This document shows positions 16,094 to 25,581 of a stretch of 64,000 nt of DNA, piece after piece. Positions within the stretch are counted from its first letter, which is position 1. Each line of letters opens with the position of its first letter. Source of the DNA: a virus. Location of the stretch: positions 3,655 to 67,654 of the IMG/VR virus record IMGVR_UViG_3300045738_001392. One strand, given 5' to 3'. The position numbers and the translations under genes were made by a program. The notes under the pieces are model-generated. The model was given only the letters and a program-made list of their open reading frames with translations, was not told the DNA's origin and did not search any database.

Positions 16094-17569
16094 ATGGCAC
16101 ATTTCGTAAAACAAGGATTTATAGGACCAACGGGGCCAGCAGGATTAACAGGGCCAACAGGCCCAAGTCAAGGACCGACAGGACCGCAAGGAGTATTGGG
16201 GCCGACAGGAGCAGTGGGCCCTCAAGGCACGGGACCAACGGGGGCAGCCGGGGGACTTGGCGTAACAGGTTTAGCTGGACCTACTGGTCCCACAGGGTTG
16301 CAATCTACCGTGGGCGGACCCACGGGCCCACTTGGCCCAACGGGGGACCATTATACAGTTAGCTATAGTAGTTCTATTACCGTTCCTGTTCCTAGTCAGG
16401 AACCGATCGTGCTTAATATCGGTACCGGCCTCGCTTATTCGAGGGAGCAAAAGATAATTGTCGCTAATACAAACACCTCGACGCTCAATCTCGTCGATTA
16501 TTTTAAAGCTTATGTTAAATCTTATACGGGGGGCAACCTAACTGTAAGGGCGACCTCTTTGTCTAGCGAAATTGTAGGCGTTACGGGCGCCACTGGTTCT
16601 GATTGGTCTATTTCTCTTGATGGAGCGATTGGTTTGCCCGGAGCAACTGGCGACGTAGGTCCAACTGGACTTATTGGAGTCGTCGGATCGATTGGCATCA
16701 CCGGGCCTGCTGGACCAACGGGAATTACTGGAGCCGCTTCCACTGTGGCCGGACCCACTGGTGATCCGGGAGATCTTTACGAGGGAACCTCTGTTACTAG
16801 CACTAGTATACCTCAGGTCAATATATCCATTAGCATGGCTCTAGTTGAAACAAATCTAGCTTACACGGTGGGCCAAAAAGTTATGGTTACTGCCGACACA
16901 GATAATTTATTTAAAGCAGAAATTACTGCAATCGCTGGAACTAGCCTGACTCTAGAGTGCTCGTTCAGAAGAGTACTGGGCGTAGACGATTCCACACAAG
17001 TGGGAGGGACATTCTCCACTTGGAGCGTTAATTTAGATGGCGCTGTTGGTAAGCAGGGACCAACAGGATCTCAAGGTGTTGTGGGGCCCACGGGAATACC
17101 GGGAGATTTATATGGTACGCAAATTGATGCTAATGCCACGACGATATTCCCAATTCCCCTGCCCGGAACAGGGGGCGCGACAGTAAACAAACAAATAACA
17201 GTTGAGCCCGGATTAGCCTATACGATTGGTCAGGAAGTCATAGTCGCGCATGACTCTTTAAACTGGTTCTCTGGTCCAGTTTTGATTTATAACCCAACCA
17301 CGGGTCTAATGTCTATTGAAGTTCAAGCGTACGCGAGAACATTCCCCTATGATTCTTGGAATGATCACCACGTTAATTTAGAGGGGGCCGTGGGCAAACA
17401 GGGCCCGACGGGAGTAACGGGCATACAAGGATTATTTGGGCCTACTGGAGTTAGGGGACCAACGGGCGCGCCCTCTACGGTAATCGGACCCACGGGGATA
17501 ACAGGTGCAACGGGCATAACCGGAGCACAAGGAACAGCGGACATTTTATATGTTCAAATATTTAGTTAA
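16094..17569 (+). CDS. collagen-like fibre protein with three LAYxxGQ spacer domains
   Basis: GPT repeats alternating with three homologous globular domains. Confidence 0.85.
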   Translation: MAHFVKQGFIGPTGPAGLTGPTGPSQGPTGPQGVLGPTGAVGPQGTGPTGAAGGLGVTGLAGPTGPTGLQSTVGGPTGPLGPTGDHYTVSYSSSITVPVPSQEPIVLNIGTGLAYSREQKIIVANTNTSTLNLVDYFKAYVKSYTGGNLTVRATSLSSEIVGVTGATGSDWSISLDGAIGLPGATGDVGPTGLIGVVGSIGITGPAGPTGITGAASTVAGPTGDPGDLYEGTSVTSTSIPQVNISISMALVETNLAYTVGQKVMVTADTDNLFKAEITAIAGTSLTLECSFRRVLGVDDSTQVGGTFSTWSVNLDGAVGKQGPTGSQGVVGPTGIPGDLYGTQIDANATTIFPIPLPGTGGATVNKQITVEPGLAYTIGQEVIVAHDSLNWFSGPVLIYNPTTGLMSIEVQAYARTFPYDSWNDHHVNLEGAVGKQGPTGVTGIQGLFGPTGVRGPTGAPSTVIGPTGITGATGITGAQGTADILYVQIFS

Positions 17570-17581
17570 AGGAAACAAAAA

Positions 17582-17938
17582 ATGGCAAGTTATAGCAAAC
17601 ATAAATTAACCGGCTCTACATACGGAAAGGGTATTAAAATTAGCAGCACTTCTTCGGCTAGTCCTAACCTTCTGCATACTGCGACATCAAGCCCAACAGA
17701 TTTTGATGAATTATGGCTATGGGCTTATAGCGATCATTCAGATTCTCAACCCGTTAACCTTACTGTCGAGTTCGGGTCGACGAATCCGACTAAGGTGACA
17801 ATGGCTGTGGAATCAAAGAAAGGGCTATATCTAATATGTCCGGGTTTACCCGTTCAATTTGGATTAGATATCAATGCGTATGCAGAAATAGCTGATAAAA
17901 TTATTTTATACGGCTACGTTAATAGAATCAGTACCTAA
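17582..17938 (+). CDS. small virion-associated protein (ELWLWAY module)
   Basis: Same module recurs in 40254 and twice in 45525. Confidence 0.7.
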   Translation: MASYSKHKLTGSTYGKGIKISSTSSASPNLLHTATSSPTDFDELWLWAYSDHSDSQPVNLTVEFGSTNPTKVTMAVESKKGLYLICPGLPVQFGLDINAYAEIADKIILYGYVNRIST

Positions 17939-17947
17939 TTTTACTAC

Positions 17948-20900
17948 ATGTCAAGGAATGTCAACACTAGCAGGATCGGAAAAGCTAGGGTAACGGGACC
18001 GATAAACAATAGTTCAAACAAATCGGACGTTACCACTGGTAGGTCTGTCTCGAGATCGCATAGAAGGACTGGCAAGGTAGACGAAGAATTAGATAAATTT
18101 CTTAAGGTGTCCGCTCCCATCTTCGAGCCGGGCTCTGGACCAACCGCTTTGCAATTTACTGTATCTTTGACCAACCAAGAAGCGGGAGCAACTTATAAAT
18201 ATACAATAGACGGAACTTCGCCCACGGGAGCGTCAGCCCTAACCCTGCAATCGACAAGTTTGAATTTATCTTTAACTGGCACAACCAATCCTTCTCTGAT
18301 TTTTAAAGCTTATGGAATTAGAAATGATTATGCAAATTCAGATATCATCACCTTAAACTATGCCCTGCAAAATGTAAGTGATGCAATATTCTCCCTAGCT
18401 TCAGGCAGTGTTCCAGAAAATCAAGTTATTGGTTTGGATTTAGAGGCTGGCGCAACAGGATATTATACTTTAAATGGTGTCGATCCCTCTGGAAATGCAG
18501 GGACAACTTCTTCTCAATATACTAATCCATTTGTGCTTAGTTTCGCAAATAGCTCCAGCGTAACAGGCAAAGCTATTGCGGTCAAAGGGGGCTCTTTAGA
18601 TAGCCAAATAGTTTCGGGTATTTTTACTCACAATTCAAGTTTAGACTATGGGGGGGCATATGACGGAGTGAGAGATGTCGAGGGCGCATTAGTTTCTTTT
18701 AAACCGGTTGTGGACAAAGTACCTTTCCCGAGTAAAGTATTTTTATCGACTACAGAAGGGCAAGAAATACATAGGAAGATTTCTTTTTGGGGAACAGATT
18801 TTTATGTTGAAAACTACAGGCCCTCAACTAAAGATGATTTCATATCTTTAAGCGCGGGACAAAATCATGCTCTAGCCCTAACTCAGAGCGGAACCGTAGT
18901 AGCGTGGGGAGACAGCTCGTTTGGGCAAACTAATCTTACTAATTCTAAATTAATTACGAGCGGAGAGATAGAGCGCATAGACGCCGGGGACTCTCATTCT
19001 TTGGCTTTGACTTTTGACCAAGAGGTCATTGCTTGGGGAAGTAACGTGCAGGGGCAAACGGCTGTTCCTAATAATTTAAGCGCCATAAGGGTGGCCGCCG
19101 GAGGAGAACATAGTTTAGCACTCAAATCTGATAGAACTGTAGTGGGATGGGGAGAAAACGCAGACGGACAAATAATCCTTCCAAACAATTTAAATGATGT
19201 CTTTGAAATTTCTGCCGGACAAAACCATAGCGCGGCCCTAGCTGGATACGGTGTAAAAACTTGCAAACAATTACAGCACATAAATGGCCAATGGTCCGTT
19301 GTCAATAAGTCTATTCCCATAGGCGTAGCATCCGCATGGGGCGTGAATGATTTAGCTCAGTCAACGGTGCCCTCTTCTTTAAGCGCTGGGACTCCAGATT
19401 TGATTGCAATTTCTTGTGGCGGAAATCACACTTTAGCACTTGATGCAAATGGAAAAGTTTTTGGTTGGGGGGATAACGGATATGGACAGATTACGCCGCT
19501 AACAGGGATGGATCTTGTAGAGCCAGATGGTTCGTCCGCTTTTGCAATCGAAATTGATGCTGGATTTAGTCATAGTTTGGCGATATCAGAAAAGGGCACG
19601 GTTTTCGCTTGGGGTAGCAATCTGAACAACCAAACAAATGTAACAAATCTTTTTAATAATTCTGTTCTTTTGGCTGCTGGAGATAATTATAGTTTAGCTT
19701 ACGGCTTGGAGCCTGACGAACATATTTATTACAGCACAGGAGCTCTGGATCCATCCATTCTTTATACTGGATTTATAAACGTTAATTCTAACACGACAAT
19801 TAATGCGATTTCTCAAAACAAGTCTACCCAAGCGGCTAGCAATTTAGTTTCTAAAAGCTATTCTCAGCAGCAATTGAGCGGCGTATCGGATTTTGGACTA
19901 TTATCTAGTGAAGGAACTTATACGCCCATGGAAACGGGGACAATAAATCCCGCCCGATTCACTGAGAGAAAAGATTTCGTTACAAAAATCCATGAAGATG
20001 ACGTGCAGAAAGAACCCGAAGTCGAAATCACAGTTTCTCACCCGGGTTATTTGACCTATCAAATTGAGGATGTCCCCATCACTGACGCTGTACAAAAAAG
20101 ATTTTCTAGCAGTCTAGTGGATGGAGATGTAGGTAAAGCTTTTGATAATGACAAAAGTATTAATAATTATTTATCATTCAACCCCGGAGGATATGTAGGA
20201 TATAAATTTGATAACCAACAAAAAGTAACGAGGGTCGACTTCGCTACGAACGCAGATAATTTCCATAAAGTCGGGGATGGGCTTATCCAAGGTGCTAATA
20301 ACGGAATTGATTGGGAAGACATAGCCTTTTTCTCTAAAAGATTTCCTGATAGTTATCCACCATTCCTTTCTTTAGATGGGAACGCATTAGATAGAATTGC
20401 TACAGTGGAGATGATTTCGGGCGGAGCTGGATATACAGAGGACCCCGTAATTCAATTCGCGGTGGCCTCAGGACAAGAGGGCGAAGGGGCCAAGGCCAAA
20501 GCTCTATTTTCCTCCTTTTCTCTAACGGGATTTTCTGTTTTATTGGGAGGAACAGGTTACGACTCTGCACCAGATGTAACTGTTACTTCGGTGGTCGGTG
20601 GCGCAGGCGCGTCTGGCACCGCCGTATTATCAACTACTTCTGTTGTCGATAGCGTTGCTTTAACTTTTCATGGTCTGGGATACACATCCTCGCCAACCGT
20701 CACGATTACTGGCGGAGGAGGAACAGGAGCAGCGGCAGTAGCTTTTCTTAGCGGAACTCAATTGACTGGTGTTGAAATTATTGAAAATAGAACCCCATAT
20801 AGTACTCCACCCACTACCCATATTCAAGGAGGGGGAGGTCAAGGCGCTGGTGCTCTAGCTCATTTGACCGCTTTTGAAGTAGCTAAATTAGGCTCAGACG

Positions 20901-23900
20901 GTATACTCATCGGCGTAACCAATGAGAAACCTCCTCATGGATATCATATTTATGATGGAGTACTTGTACCCGGGATAGGATACACTCCGGTGGGTGGACA
21001 GGGTGGTGGCTATTATGGTGGCACGACGCCTCCTCCCTCGTCCGATCAACCAGTTTATGCCCTAGATCACTTTGATATAACTTCTGTAGGCGCTGGATAT
21101 ACTTTCGCTCCCGACGTCACTTTAAGCGGGGGATTAATTACGCAGGTAGGGGTGCCATATGCCGTCAAAGTCACCATAGGTGATAGAGGTCCCACTAGCG
21201 GCGAATACATTCCCAGCGCCATCCAGCAGGGCTTTACCGCGGTAGGCGTTGCTGACGAGAATAAAACTTTAGACTTAGATGAACTAGAAAATCATACTTA
21301 TCATTCGGGATTAGCTCTTAAACCCGGAGCAGCAGCTAACGCCGGTTCTACTCCAAACTCTGAGAGTTCAAAGTATATCGATTCTAATTTTGAATCTTTC
21401 TTATTTTCGGGTTGGGAAGCTGTAGAGCCTCATAGGTTATTCTTCGATTATCATAATTTTCGTGCTCATATGGCTGTTAGGGGGGACGACGGCTTTGCCA
21501 ATCCTTCAACCTATCACGCCAACTTCGGACCGCCGCTGAGCGGGCTATTGGAGCACGGCGTTCCGGCGTACGGAGCTAACGACTTCGAGGAGCTTGGTCC
21601 GGGAAATCTGTTCTATTCAGAAAATGTTAGCACTAACAGATTGTGGCGTTTGAAATTTCATAAAGATTCAGCGTTAGAGCAGAATATCCAAATCGATGGT
21701 GGTGGTGGACAAGATATGGTCGGCTATGTAGAATTAAAAAATCATAATGAACTTCTAGGTTTTAATGATGATGATTCTCTTTTAGATAAATTATTCCAAT
21801 TATATTCTCATCCAGATTTTCGTAGTAGTGCGGGTTCTGTTAATGCTCTTGATTTAAATGATATAAGTTATGAAGAATTATTGTGGAGCACCCCTGTTAA
21901 CAAAGGGGGGAAGCTGCCCAATGAAGATGCGATTTTAATTCCTTATAAATTACATATAACAGGCGCTGGATGGGGATATACTGAAGCACCCACTATTACA
22001 GAGGAATTTGATAGGACTTTCCCGGGGATGATGTATATGCTTGAGCCCACCGGTATTACTATAGTAAGCGGAGCGGCCGGGGCTCACACGGATCTTTGGG
22101 ATTTCGGCCTAGAGGGCGCTCCTCTTACAGATTTAGAGAATCATGGTTGGGAGAGGCTTTGGGGCAGCGGTTATCTAGATGGTGGTTATAGTGCCCCACA
22201 AGGATCTTGTGCGTCCTCGGCAACTGGCGTAGCTTATTCATCATCCGAATATGATTATAATACGAATACATACACATATTCTAGCGGGTTCTATTTGGCA
22301 AATCAATATCTAAGCGATAGCAACAAACTTAAAATCCCACATCCTGATCTGGGGCCAGCAAGCGCAGGGAATGGTGCCGGAGGTGTTGGCGAAGGTCACC
22401 CGGTTTGGAACAATACAAAAATTGTAGGCGGCGACATCCCCTTGAGCGTGAATGCTTACGCATCGGGCAGAAACTACGCACAGAATCAAATAATATGGTT
22501 TAGTGGAGTCAATGATGGTGGTGTCGGACCGACAGAGATAGCGTGGGGCACGCTTAATGTTGATCATGGTCACGATTTCTACGGGAACCACTCGAACGGT
22601 CATGCGGGAGTAACAAGCATTACTATACATAATGAAGGGGCTGGGTATATTATACCTGATAATCTTCCAGCTTCTGGAGGATCTACCGCTGCTGACGGAA
22701 GCGCACTAACTGGGCCGGGAGGCGTGCCCGGTGGCGTGGTGGGCATAATTACGGACGTTATAAGCGGAGGGGAGCAGGGCAACCAAGCCAACGGGGGCAC
22801 TTCCTTCTACGCGCAAGGCAACGTTTGGCCGGGAATGGATCACGGGCCCATATGCGGTTATTTGGGTGCCGATTTTTGCTACGTTTCGACGTCACTTCCC
22901 GCGCAGGGCTGGGGGATGGGCAGTGGAAATCGGATTTGGGGGACACACGGCCTTTTTGGCTATCAACACCACCCCGACGAGGAATACAACACGTCAATGG
23001 CCTCCGGATGGGTGCAAGTATGGAATGGTGGGTTGCTGTCCAATGGAGCATCGGCCTTTGCTACCATACAGGGAAGATACGGTGGCTACACTGGCCAGCA
23101 GCACGCTCGAATGCATGAACAACTAGAATTTTATGCACCGGCCTTAGAATTAACGAAAAGTCATACGAATGATATGTATAGCGCAACTTCTGCTGACCGC
23201 ATAAACTTTGAAAATCAATTAGCTAAATGGATAAATTTCGAAACGTTCTTGCCTGCGCAGTCTACGGTGGAAGCCTTTTTGGCTAGTGGATCTTTGGACA
23301 AAGTTGAAGTAACCGATATGGGATCTGGTTACACTTCTGTGCCGGGCGTAGTTTTCTCAGGGGGGACATCGGGTGTAGAGGCGACTGGTGCAGCTCATAC
23401 TTCACGATATGTGGACAGTATAACTTTAATAGCTGGAGGCGCGGGATATCAATCTTTTCCAGACGTAACTATTTCTGGTGGGAATGGGTTCGGAGCTTCT
23501 GCGGTTGGACAAAAGGCTGCTAGTGACATTACTGGTTTATCACTTATTTCTGGAGGAAAAGATTATACAGAATCACCAACCATAAATGTTTTGGGGGGTG
23601 GGCTCGGAGTTACCAGTGCAGCAGCTATTAAGTGTAGATTGCCTGTAGCCTTAGGAACATTAGCTTTTACGAATAACAAAAATTATAAAGAATATAGGAT
23701 GGTAGGCCAAGGAGATGACGCCCTTAAGACTTCTCAAGTGAACGAGCTTGAACTTTATTCTGGAGACTATAGAATCTCAAATTATTCCAATAGAAATAAT
23801 CATACTTTAGTAATTAAAAGCGATAAAAGCTTATTGGGATGGGGGGAAAGTGTTAATGGTCAGCTGCCCTCTTCTGGAATTACAAATGCCATTAGCGTAT

Positions 23901-25417
23901 CCGCTGGGTATAACCACAGTTTGATAGCTAAAGAAAATGGAACGGTTGTCGCTTTCGGAGATAACAGCTATGGACAAATAAATGTTCCGGATGATTTGAG
24001 TAACGTAATTAATGTTTCCGCTGGAGATAATCATAGTATGGCACTGCTTGCTGGGGGCATGGTTAGAGCTTGGGGCGACAATACGTACGGTCAATGTAGT
24101 GTGCCCGCGTCTTTACTAAGCGGGCTTAGCGGAGACCATGGGGCAATAGCTGTTGAAGCAGGCAATAGGCATAGTCTGGCTCTTTTGGGCAATGGAACAG
24201 TATTGGGATGGGGAGCGACTGAACCGTCAACTGTTCCCAGCGCATTAGACAAAGTTGACAGTGTTGCAGCTGGAAATAATTTTAGCTTAGCCCTTAGAAC
24301 TAACGGCGATGTCGTTTCGTGGGGAGGCACGGCTAATTCCTATGGGCAGCTAGTCCCTGAAGATTTGAAAGATGTAGTAGCGATTGACGCTTGCAATGAT
24401 CACGTCTTGGCTTTGCAGGTAGACGGGTCAGTAACTGGGTGGGGAAGAATTTTTGATGGGGAAAATAATATAGATATAACTGGTGCTATTCCGCAAGGAT
24501 TGAATTCTGGTATAAATATATTCGCAGGAAAAAATCATGGGTCTATATTGAGAAGCGATGGTTCAATGGTTACATTTGGGGTGATTTGCTCAGATGAACT
24601 ATACAATAGCGGGATTATTCCCCCAAACGTTACCGAAAGAACTTGCTGCGAAACGACGGGCTCTGTTATATTCGATTTGGGCCAAACCAACTCAGACAAA
24701 TTAAATACAAATGAAAAGATAGCTTATAGAAGTAAAAATATCACCAACAGATTGACTAGTGACACCTACTTCCCACCGGATAGCGGCTATTTACAAAATA
24801 AGGTTAGAATAGTTATGGATACTTCCAAAGTCGGCTATGCTGATGCTGAGCCCATTACGGGAGAATACCCATTGATAGAATTGGCGCCCGAAGTCTCTCC
24901 GGAAACAAACACAAATTATGGGCCCTCCATAACCGTGTCTAATTGGGATCAGGATTCGGCTGATAGTTTGTATGTTAGATATACCTTGGACGGCTCTGAT
25001 CCAGCTACAGGCGCGGGAACCATTAATGAAGTGATTTTGCCTCCAGAAAGCGGAGATTTCATACATATTTTAACAACGGGAGAATTTACGAATAGCACTA
25101 CCTTGAAGGTATTCGCCTCCTCAGACGTCTATCTTAACTCGGATATAGTGTCTTATGTAAGACAGCAGTTAGCTGCTCCTACGGCGACTATAACGGCTAA
25201 TGGTAACATTCTTAATATAACGATGAGCGCTACAGTTCCAGCTGGCGAAACAAGAACGCCAACTATTTACTATACCTTGGATGGCTCGGCTCCCACGGAA
25301 AATTCATACTTATATGCCAATCCAATAAGTTTACAAGGATCCACGGCGACTGTTAAAGCCAAGGCCTTTTTAATAGGATACATCGACAGCAATATAACTA
25401 TAGAAACTTATCCATAA
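17948..25417 (+). CDS. 2489-aa multidomain virion protein (chitobiase/Fn3-associated domains, RCC1/BLIP-II repeats, split discoidin-like domain, Gly-rich repeats)
   Basis: YTIDGTSP/YTLDGSAP at both ends; many AGxxHSLAL...WG repeats; GGxGYTxxPxVxxxGGGGxGAxA repeats. Confidence 0.8.
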   Translation: MSRNVNTSRIGKARVTGPINNSSNKSDVTTGRSVSRSHRRTGKVDEELDKFLKVSAPIFEPGSGPTALQFTVSLTNQEAGATYKYTIDGTSPTGASALTLQSTSLNLSLTGTTNPSLIFKAYGIRNDYANSDIITLNYALQNVSDAIFSLASGSVPENQVIGLDLEAGATGYYTLNGVDPSGNAGTTSSQYTNPFVLSFANSSSVTGKAIAVKGGSLDSQIVSGIFTHNSSLDYGGAYDGVRDVEGALVSFKPVVDKVPFPSKVFLSTTEGQEIHRKISFWGTDFYVENYRPSTKDDFISLSAGQNHALALTQSGTVVAWGDSSFGQTNLTNSKLITSGEIERIDAGDSHSLALTFDQEVIAWGSNVQGQTAVPNNLSAIRVAAGGEHSLALKSDRTVVGWGENADGQIILPNNLNDVFEISAGQNHSAALAGYGVKTCKQLQHINGQWSVVNKSIPIGVASAWGVNDLAQSTVPSSLSAGTPDLIAISCGGNHTLALDANGKVFGWGDNGYGQITPLTGMDLVEPDGSSAFAIEIDAGFSHSLAISEKGTVFAWGSNLNNQTNVTNLFNNSVLLAAGDNYSLAYGLEPDEHIYYSTGALDPSILYTGFINVNSNTTINAISQNKSTQAASNLVSKSYSQQQLSGVSDFGLLSSEGTYTPMETGTINPARFTERKDFVTKIHEDDVQKEPEVEITVSHPGYLTYQIEDVPITDAVQKRFSSSLVDGDVGKAFDNDKSINNYLSFNPGGYVGYKFDNQQKVTRVDFATNADNFHKVGDGLIQGANNGIDWEDIAFFSKRFPDSYPPFLSLDGNALDRIATVEMISGGAGYTEDPVIQFAVASGQEGEGAKAKALFSSFSLTGFSVLLGGTGYDSAPDVTVTSVVGGAGASGTAVLSTTSVVDSVALTFHGLGYTSSPTVTITGGGGTGAAAVAFLSGTQLTGVEIIENRTPYSTPPTTHIQGGGGQGAGALAHLTAFEVAKLGSDGILIGVTNEKPPHGYHIYDGVLVPGIGYTPVGGQGGGYYGGTTPPPSSDQPVYALDHFDITSVGAGYTFAPDVTLSGGLITQVGVPYAVKVTIGDRGPTSGEYIPSAIQQGFTAVGVADENKTLDLDELENHTYHSGLALKPGAAANAGSTPNSESSKYIDSNFESFLFSGWEAVEPHRLFFDYHNFRAHMAVRGDDGFANPSTYHANFGPPLSGLLEHGVPAYGANDFEELGPGNLFYSENVSTNRLWRLKFHKDSALEQNIQIDGGGGQDMVGYVELKNHNELLGFNDDDSLLDKLFQLYSHPDFRSSAGSVNALDLNDISYEELLWSTPVNKGGKLPNEDAILIPYKLHITGAGWGYTEAPTITEEFDRTFPGMMYMLEPTGITIVSGAAGAHTDLWDFGLEGAPLTDLENHGWERLWGSGYLDGGYSAPQGSCASSATGVAYSSSEYDYNTNTYTYSSGFYLANQYLSDSNKLKIPHPDLGPASAGNGAGGVGEGHPVWNNTKIVGGDIPLSVNAYASGRNYAQNQIIWFSGVNDGGVGPTEIAWGTLNVDHGHDFYGNHSNGHAGVTSITIHNEGAGYIIPDNLPASGGSTAADGSALTGPGGVPGGVVGIITDVISGGEQGNQANGGTSFYAQGNVWPGMDHGPICGYLGADFCYVSTSLPAQGWGMGSGNRIWGTHGLFGYQHHPDEEYNTSMASGWVQVWNGGLLSNGASAFATIQGRYGGYTGQQHARMHEQLEFYAPALELTKSHTNDMYSATSADRINFENQLAKWINFETFLPAQSTVEAFLASGSLDKVEVTDMGSGYTSVPGVVFSGGTSGVEATGAAHTSRYVDSITLIAGGAGYQSFPDVTISGGNGFGASAVGQKAASDITGLSLISGGKDYTESPTINVLGGGLGVTSAAAIKCRLPVALGTLAFTNNKNYKEYRMVGQGDDALKTSQVNELELYSGDYRISNYSNRNNHTLVIKSDKSLLGWGESVNGQLPSSGITNAISVSAGYNHSLIAKENGTVVAFGDNSYGQINVPDDLSNVINVSAGDNHSMALLAGGMVRAWGDNTYGQCSVPASLLSGLSGDHGAIAVEAGNRHSLALLGNGTVLGWGATEPSTVPSALDKVDSVAAGNNFSLALRTNGDVVSWGGTANSYGQLVPEDLKDVVAIDACNDHVLALQVDGSVTGWGRIFDGENNIDITGAIPQGLNSGINIFAGKNHGSILRSDGSMVTFGVICSDELYNSGIIPPNVTERTCCETTGSVIFDLGQTNSDKLNTNEKIAYRSKNITNRLTSDTYFPPDSGYLQNKVRIVMDTSKVGYADAEPITGEYPLIELAPEVSPETNTNYGPSITVSNWDQDSADSLYVRYTLDGSDPATGAGTINEVILPPESGDFIHILTTGEFTNSTTLKVFASSDVYLNSDIVSYVRQQLAAPTATITANGNILNITMSATVPAGETRTPTIYYTLDGSAPTENSYLYANPISLQGSTATVKAKAFLIGYIDSNITIETYP

Positions 25418-25419
25418 TA

Positions 25420-25575
25420 ATGAAAAAATATATTATGTTATTCACACTTACAGCGCTCTTTGCAATTGGTTGTAACTGGGGAAATTCCGGATGTCCGGAT
25501 TGCTCGTGTAGCGCGGAATGCTGTTCATCCGACAGTTGCTCGGTTGCCGATTGCGATTGCGTTTGTAAAAAGTAA
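25420..25575 (+). CDS. 51-aa Cys-rich, metallothionein-like lipoprotein (not in ORF track)
   Basis: MKKYIMLFTLTALFAIG|CNWGNSGCPDCSCSAECCSSDSCSVADCDCVCKK*; fills the gap between two genes almost exactly. Confidence 0.7.
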   Translation: MKKYIMLFTLTALFAIGCNWGNSGCPDCSCSAECCSSDSCSVADCDCVCKK

Positions 25576-25581
25576 AATTAG

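Noticed and set aside
22750-23126. Patch with several overlapping ORFs inside the 2489-aa gene as a possible DGR variable region or overprinted gene
   Set aside because: No template repeat or reverse transcriptase seen; Gly-rich codons explain the open alternative frames
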